Of a DNA stretch of 64,000 nt, positions 58,798 through 64,000 are shown piece by piece (positions within the stretch are counted from its first letter, which is position 1; every line of letters begins with the position of its first letter). The stretch covers positions 96,001-160,000 of the forward strand of contig JBBDRF010000012.1 in the NCBI GenBank assembly GCA_040905565.1, in the 5' to 3' direction. The stretch is from Phycisphaeraceae bacterium (GTDB taxonomy: Bacteria > Planctomycetota > Phycisphaerae > Phycisphaerales > Zrk34). The notes beneath the pieces were generated by a model. The model was not told the DNA's origin and did no database searches. It saw only the letters and a program-made list of their open reading frames with translations. The translations under genes and the position numbers were made by a program.

Positions 58798-60264
58798 TCA
58801 TGCGATGATGTCGTGGATGACGTGGCCGTGGACGTCGGTGAGGCGGCGGTCGATGCCGTTGTGGCGGACGCTGAGGCGTTCGTGGTCGATGCCAAGCAGG
58901 TGCAGCAGCGTCGCGTGAATGTCGTAGCAGTAGGTCGGCTGCGAAGGGTTGGCGGGCTTGAAGGACCACTCGTCGGATTCGCCGTAGGTCGTGCCGCCCT
59001 TGATACCGCCGCCTGCGAGGAAGTTGGTAAAGGTGAATGGGTTGTGGTCGCGTCCCTTGCCGCCCTGAGCGCAGGGCATGCGGCCGAACTCGGTGGTCCA
59101 CAGGATGATCGTGTCTTCAAGCATGCCGCGCTGCTTGAGATCCTGCATCAGCGCTGCCGCGCCGCGTGAGAAGCCTCGGCCGAGTGGCCAGTGGTCACGC
59201 TTGAGATCTTCATGGGAATCCCAGTTGCGGCGGGGATGGCCGTTGTCCGCACCGGACCAGATCTGCACGAACCGCGTCCCGCGCTCAAGCAGCCGCCGGG
59301 CGACGAGACAGTTGCGGCCGAAGTAGCGCGTTTCCTCGCCTTCGTTCATTGGGCCGTCTTCGTCGGTGTCAGGCATGTCTATGCCGTACATGTCACGGAT
59401 ATGCTGCGGTTCGTCGGCAAGGTCGAGCACCTCGGGCGCGGACAGCTGCATGCGTGCGGCGAGTTCGTAGGTGCGGATGCGTGCATCAAGTCGGGGGTCG
59501 CCGTCGCGCGTCCCCTGGTGTTGCCGATTGAGCGCTTCCATAGCGGCAAGGACGTCGCCTTCGCTGCGCGGCGTGATGAAGCCGGCATCGGAAGGCGGCG
59601 AGATATCGCGGATCGGGTTGCGAGCCGAGGGACGGATGATGGTGCCTTGATGCTGCCCGGGCAGGAACGCTGAGCCCCAGTTCTTCGGGCCGTTGGGCGC
59701 GAAGCCGCGCGGGTCCGGCAGGACGACGAAGGTGGGCAAGTTCTCGTTCATCGTGCCCAGACCGTAGGACACCCACGCGCCCATCCCCGGGAAGCCGGGC
59801 AGGATGAAGCCGGTCGCCTGCATGGAGGTGCCGGGGCCGTGGACGTTGGATTTGCTGACCACGTTATGGATGAACGCCATGTCGTCCGCGCAGGCGCCGA
59901 GGGGCGCGACGCAGTCGTTGATCATCTTGCCGGACTGCCCGTAGCGGCGCCACTTCCACGGCGCCTGCATCGTCTTGCCGGGCGCGGACTGGAACAGTTC
60001 GACCTGTTCGCCGGGATCCCAGTCGTTGCCGTGATCCTTGGTCAGCAGGGGCTTGTAATCGAAGGTGTCGCACTGCGAAGCGGCACCGGACATGTACATC
60101 TGAATCACGCGCTTGGCGCGGGGCCGATGATGCAGCCCGCCGTCGCGCGTGAGCGCCCCCTGTCCCAGCGGCGCGCCCAGCAGGCCGTCGCGGTTGAGCA
60201 TTGAAGCGAGTGCGACGCCGCCGAGGCCGCCACCGGAATTGAATAGAAAGTTGCGTCGGTCCAT
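58798..60264 (-). CDS. DUF1501 family protein (Tat-exported)
   Basis: DRRNFL, AKRVIQMYMSGAASQCDTFDYKP, LVARRLLERGTRFVQ, WDSH, EFGRMP, GRDH. Confidence 0.9.
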   Translation of the reverse strand: MDRRNFLFNSGGGLGGVALASMLNRDGLLGAPLGQGALTRDGGLHHRPRAKRVIQMYMSGAASQCDTFDYKPLLTKDHGNDWDPGEQVELFQSAPGKTMQAPWKWRRYGQSGKMINDCVAPLGACADDMAFIHNVVSKSNVHGPGTSMQATGFILPGFPGMGAWVSYGLGTMNENLPTFVVLPDPRGFAPNGPKNWGSAFLPGQHQGTIIRPSARNPIRDISPPSDAGFITPRSEGDVLAAMEALNRQHQGTRDGDPRLDARIRTYELAARMQLSAPEVLDLADEPQHIRDMYGIDMPDTDEDGPMNEGEETRYFGRNCLVARRLLERGTRFVQIWSGADNGHPRRNWDSHEDLKRDHWPLGRGFSRGAAALMQDLKQRGMLEDTIILWTTEFGRMPCAQGGKGRDHNPFTFTNFLAGGGIKGGTTYGESDEWSFKPANPSQPTYCYDIHATLLHLLGIDHERLSVRHNGIDRRLTDVHGHVIHDIIA

Positions 60265-60282
60265 GGCCGAACCTCCTGGATA

Positions 60283-63200
60283 TCAGTCGATGAAGATCAT
60301 CTCGTTGGCGTTGTAGAGAAGGCGGGCGAAGTTCGCCAGCCCATGTTCCTGGACGATCGGCATGAGCAGCTCGATTTCGTCGCGGTTGGGGTTCCGGCCG
60401 TAAGCAAGGCGGAAGCCCCGGCGAATCTGTTCGACCGGATTGTCCGCGTGTCCGCTAAGCCGGGCTGCGAAGTGTTCAGACTGTCGCACCATGAACGGGT
60501 TGTTCATCAGCGACAATGCCTGCAGCGCCGTCAGCGTGCTGTTGCGCACGTGGACGTTCTGCGCGGGGTCGGCACAGTCGAGCGTTTCCATGAGCGGATC
60601 AGGCACGCTGCGCACGATGAACCGGTAGATCGAGCGACGCAGCGTGTCCGGGTTGTCCACGTCGTGTTCGTCATAGAGATAGTGGGGCGAGTGGTCGTCG
60701 ATGAACCCGAAAAGCCGATAGCCCGGGCCGTACATCTCACGGTCCAGCGTGCCGGAGACCGCCATGGTCGCGTCACGAATGGCCTCGGCTTCGAGCTTGC
60801 GGACATTCATCCGCCACAGGTAATGGTTGCCTGAATCGAGGGCGGCCATGTCCGAACGCACCTTCGAAGCCTGACGGTAGGTTGCGCTGGTCACGATCAT
60901 CCGGTGCAGGTCCTTGAACGACTGATCGGAATCGCGGAACTCCAGGGCCAGGTAATCCAGCAGCTGCGGATGCGTCGGCTGTTCGCCCATGCGGCCGAAG
61001 TCCTGCAGCGTCGCCACGATGCCGCGACCGAAGTGGTGATGCCAGATCCGGTTCACGATCGAACGCCACGTCAGCGGGTTGTCTTTGTCGAGGATCCACT
61101 CCGCCGCCGCCGCGCGACGCTGACCTTCTTTGGAAAGATCGTCGATGGCCTGGAAGTGATGGTCGAGATGCTCCAGTGCCCCGATCGCCCCGGGGCCGAC
61201 CTCCTTGCCCGGCTGCGTCACCTCGCCTCGGGCGAGCACATGCACCGGCCGCGGCTCGCCGTTCGGCGGGGGCGTGAAGTTGCCCTGGCTGGAAAACTCC
61301 GTCGCGGCGGCGTAAACCATGCCGGTGGCCTCGGGCAAACCTTCACGCTGCTGCTGCAGCGCCGCGATCTCATCAAGCAGCTGCTGACGCTTGGCGCGGA
61401 AGGCATCGTCGAACAGCTCCTCGGTGATCTCACGCTCACGCGCCACCGCCTCAGCCAGCGCGGGCAGGTGGTCGGCGTCTTCCTCAGCGGGCATGGCTTC
61501 ATAGATGCCGTTGGTGAGGTTCGCTCGGCCCCACCGATTCGCAGCCTCGATGCTGCTGTCAGACTGAACCGCCTGACCGCGTGCCACGTTCTCACCCGCA
61601 GCGTTCAGCACCGCAAGCTCCGCGAGCGCGAAGATGTAATCGTCCTGCCGGTTGGCACGCTTGTTCACACTGACGCGGACGTACCGGGCCTTCTGCCCGT
61701 CGGCCGTAGCCACGTGCGGCACGATGCCGGGGTTGGGGAAGTCCGTCCGCGACTGATCATCCACCACCACCCGCTCGGCGAAGTCAGCATCGTTGGAAAG
61801 CTCAACCTTGAAGCGGACGGGGAAGCCGAACCCGTCACCGATATTGTTGAATGTGTCGAAGGTCGGTGCCAACACGATGTGAGCGATGGCCGTCGGCTCA
61901 CCGAGATCGACCTGCACCCAGCCGGGCGTGGCGGGATCGTCAACGATATCTGAATGGTAACCCCGTGACGCATGCCCCTTGCCGCCGCGGTCAGCGACCA
62001 TGCTCGTAATCTTCTTGCGCAGCTGGGTCAGATCGCCGCCGCCCTGTGTGCTCACCTGCTCGGTCAACTCAGTCAGGCGAGCCTCCACGTCGGCGATCTG
62101 CTTGATCAACTGCTCACGTTTTGCCGCCACTTGCGGGTCTTTGGGGAACGGTCGAGGCGCTCGCTCGATGCCTGCGAACACCGCCTGCATGCGGTAATAG
62201 TCTTCATGCGCGATCGCATCAAACTTGTGCGTATGGCAGCGGGCACAGGCGACGGTGAGACTGGTCAGCCCGCCGAAGACGGTGTCGATCATCTCGTCAC
62301 GGTCCAGCGAACGCGTCAGGTCCTTGTCCGTCGTGCCTTCACGCAGTTCCACGTGCCCAACGAAATCCCATCCGCCCGCCACGATGAAGCCCGTCGCCAC
62401 CACGCCGTCTTTCGTGTTCGGATACAGCACGTCGCCGGCCAGCTGCTCACGTATAAAACGCTCGTAAGGCTTACCCTCGTTGAACGACCGCACCACGTAG
62501 TCACGATAGTGATAAGCATTGTTGCGGGTCTTGTCTTTATCGAAGCCATGCGTGTCGGCGTAGCCGGCCATATCAAGCCAGTGCCGCGCCCACCGCTCAC
62601 CGTAAGCCGGCGAAGCAAGCAGTTTGTCGACCAGCTTCTCGTAGGCCTTGGGGTCAGGATCGTTCACGAACGCTTCGACCTGCTCATAGCTCGGCGGCAG
62701 GCCGGTCAGGTCGTAATAGATCCGCCGAATCAGCGTGCGCCGGTCGGCCTCGGGGGAGGGGCTCAAGCCCTGCTCGCGAAGCTTGTCGATCACGAACGCG
62801 TCGATCGGATTGCGCACCCACGCAGCATCCGCACCTTCATGCTCGGGAACGGCCACCGGCTCGATCGGCTTGAACGACCACCAGTCCGCGTCGGGCATGC
62901 CCAGGTCCTCAAGCATCCGATCGCGGTCCGGCCACGGGGCCCCCGCATCGATCCACGCACGCACCGTCTGAACCTGCTCATCACTCAGCGGCGAAGACTG
63001 CCGAGGCATCTCAGGCTCCGGGCCACTGATCATCGCCAGCAGACGGCTGCCGTCCGCGTTGCCCGGCCGCACCACGCCCGCAGCTTCGGGACCAAACAGG
63101 CTCTCGTAAGTGCTTAAAGCCAAGTCCCCCTTCATCGTCCCCTCAGCGTTATGACAGCGAATGCAGTTGTTCTCAAAGATCACCGCCACCGCTTCAAACG

Positions 63201-63297
63201 AAGCCTCGTCAGCTTCCGCCGCCTGTACGGGCCCGGCGACAGCCACCGCAATCGCCAGTGCCAGTCCCGCTGTAACCGTTGTTTCAAACCATCTCAT
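60283..63297 (-). CDS. Planctomycete cytochrome c / DUF1549 / discoidin-like insert / DUF1553 protein
   Basis: CIRCH, NPIDAFV, YGERWARHWLD, CARCHTHKFD, WVQVDLG..FP.RFKVELS, NRIWHHHFGRGIV, PTHPQLLDYLA, LQALSLMNN. Confidence 0.9.
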   Translation of the reverse strand: MRWFETTVTAGLALAIAVAVAGPVQAAEADEASFEAVAVIFENNCIRCHNAEGTMKGDLALSTYESLFGPEAAGVVRPGNADGSRLLAMISGPEPEMPRQSSPLSDEQVQTVRAWIDAGAPWPDRDRMLEDLGMPDADWWSFKPIEPVAVPEHEGADAAWVRNPIDAFVIDKLREQGLSPSPEADRRTLIRRIYYDLTGLPPSYEQVEAFVNDPDPKAYEKLVDKLLASPAYGERWARHWLDMAGYADTHGFDKDKTRNNAYHYRDYVVRSFNEGKPYERFIREQLAGDVLYPNTKDGVVATGFIVAGGWDFVGHVELREGTTDKDLTRSLDRDEMIDTVFGGLTSLTVACARCHTHKFDAIAHEDYYRMQAVFAGIERAPRPFPKDPQVAAKREQLIKQIADVEARLTELTEQVSTQGGGDLTQLRKKITSMVADRGGKGHASRGYHSDIVDDPATPGWVQVDLGEPTAIAHIVLAPTFDTFNNIGDGFGFPVRFKVELSNDADFAERVVVDDQSRTDFPNPGIVPHVATADGQKARYVRVSVNKRANRQDDYIFALAELAVLNAAGENVARGQAVQSDSSIEAANRWGRANLTNGIYEAMPAEEDADHLPALAEAVAREREITEELFDDAFRAKRQQLLDEIAALQQQREGLPEATGMVYAAATEFSSQGNFTPPPNGEPRPVHVLARGEVTQPGKEVGPGAIGALEHLDHHFQAIDDLSKEGQRRAAAAEWILDKDNPLTWRSIVNRIWHHHFGRGIVATLQDFGRMGEQPTHPQLLDYLALEFRDSDQSFKDLHRMIVTSATYRQASKVRSDMAALDSGNHYLWRMNVRKLEAEAIRDATMAVSGTLDREMYGPGYRLFGFIDDHSPHYLYDEHDVDNPDTLRRSIYRFIVRSVPDPLMETLDCADPAQNVHVRNSTLTALQALSLMNNPFMVRQSEHFAARLSGHADNPVEQIRRGFRLAYGRNPNRDEIELLMPIVQEHGLANFARLLYNANEMIFID

Positions 63298-63617
63298 GGG
63301 TCGCCTCGCTTTCGATCCGCACCGTCGCCATCTGAACGTCTTTTATATGCTAGCTTCAGTCATAAGAAGAGAACAGGTAAAGTTTGACTACACGAGGAAT
63401 CATACCGGGGACTGAGACGGATACAAGCGTGAACCCATGAAAGTCTGCAGAATGTTTAACGCGACGCGGCTTAGGTATGTTCACGGGTTAACCTTATGGT
63501 TCAGAGTTCGGCTACGCTGAAAAAAAACGTGGACAGATGATGGAATCTGCGGTATGATGTCACGTGCAAGATGGCTCGTGCTTTTGGGGGGCGGTTGGAT
63601 GAAGGGAGCGGCAAAAG

Positions 63618-64000
63618 GTGAAACTTCAGATATGTAACGATGCGCAGGAGATGGGTGCTTGTGCGGCCGCCTCTGCCGGGGCGGCAATACGTAACGCCAT
63701 CGCGAAGCGAGGCCGGGCGAACATCATCGTGGCGACCGGGGCTTCGCAGTTCCATCCGCTTGATGCGTTGGTTGCCGATGCAGGCATCGACTGGTCGGTC
63801 GTCACTGGCTTCCATCTGGATGAGTACCTGGACTTGCCGCAGACGCACCCCGCCTCGTTCCGTCGCTACCTCCGGGAGCGACTGGTCGATCGCGTGCCGA
63901 TCGACACGTTCCACTATGTCAACGGTGAAGCGGCCGACCCGCATGCCGAGTGTGAACGGCTGGGCGCACTGATCGCGCAGCATCCGATCGACGTCGCCAT
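63618..64000 (+). CDS. Glucosamine-6-phosphate deaminase / 6-phosphogluconolactonase family protein (partial, runs off right edge)
   Basis: Not in the ORF track. GTG 63618 after GGAG: MKLQICNDAQEMG...IIVATGASQF...IDWSVVTGFHLDEY...HPASFRRYLRERL. Confidence 0.85.
   Translation, partial: MKLQICNDAQEMGACAAASAGAAIRNAIAKRGRANIIVATGASQFHPLDALVADAGIDWSVVTGFHLDEYLDLPQTHPASFRRYLRERLVDRVPIDTFHYVNGEAADPHAECERLGALIAQHPIDVA

Noticed and set aside
58788..59120. N-terminal extensions of track ORFs (also 2302-2556, 36447-36545, 45799-46047, 46776-46868)
   Set aside because: They overlap upstream genes; downstream starts give signal peptides or TM helices with an RBS or start/stop coupling.
63640..63972. 110-aa ORF from the track
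   Set aside because: Wrong frame; the NagB-family frame starting at GTG 63618 has clear motifs and runs off the window.

Overview
A GC-rich, gene-dense bacterial window, most likely from a planctomycete (Phycisphaerae-like). That inference rests on DUF1501 and DUF1549/DUF1553 genes, a PVC-type CxxCH protein, a prepilin/DUF1559-like gene and PTPAA-type C-terminal sorting signals. Positions 1-34 kb are mostly housekeeping genes: fbaB, a MacAB-like ABC exporter, ispD, aroB, rnr, ffs-dnaX-ybaB, an orphan nuoC, gap, yicC-secG-tpiA and folK. Two things stand out. (1) At 34-49 kb, a System II cytochrome c maturation set is followed by a 7-gene run: 5-, 4- and 10-heme cytochromes, a beta-barrel, an FAD/NAD/2Fe-2S reductase, a cyclic-nucleotide-binding 4x[4Fe-4S] protein and a putative di-heme-b membrane protein. 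Together these could form a cNMP-gated trans-envelope electron conduit. (2) dnaX carries a complete -1 frameshift cassette (internal SD, A AAA AAA, 10-bp hairpin) with logic inverted relative to E. coli: frame 0 gives gamma and the shift gives tau. Also present are an SRP RNA lacking the GNRA tetraloop, a lower-GC HEPN-motif gene, a heptamer-built inverted repeat and a frameshifted prepilin gene. No tRNA, rRNA, CRISPR array or transposase was seen. All calls come from motif reading by eye; no searches were run.
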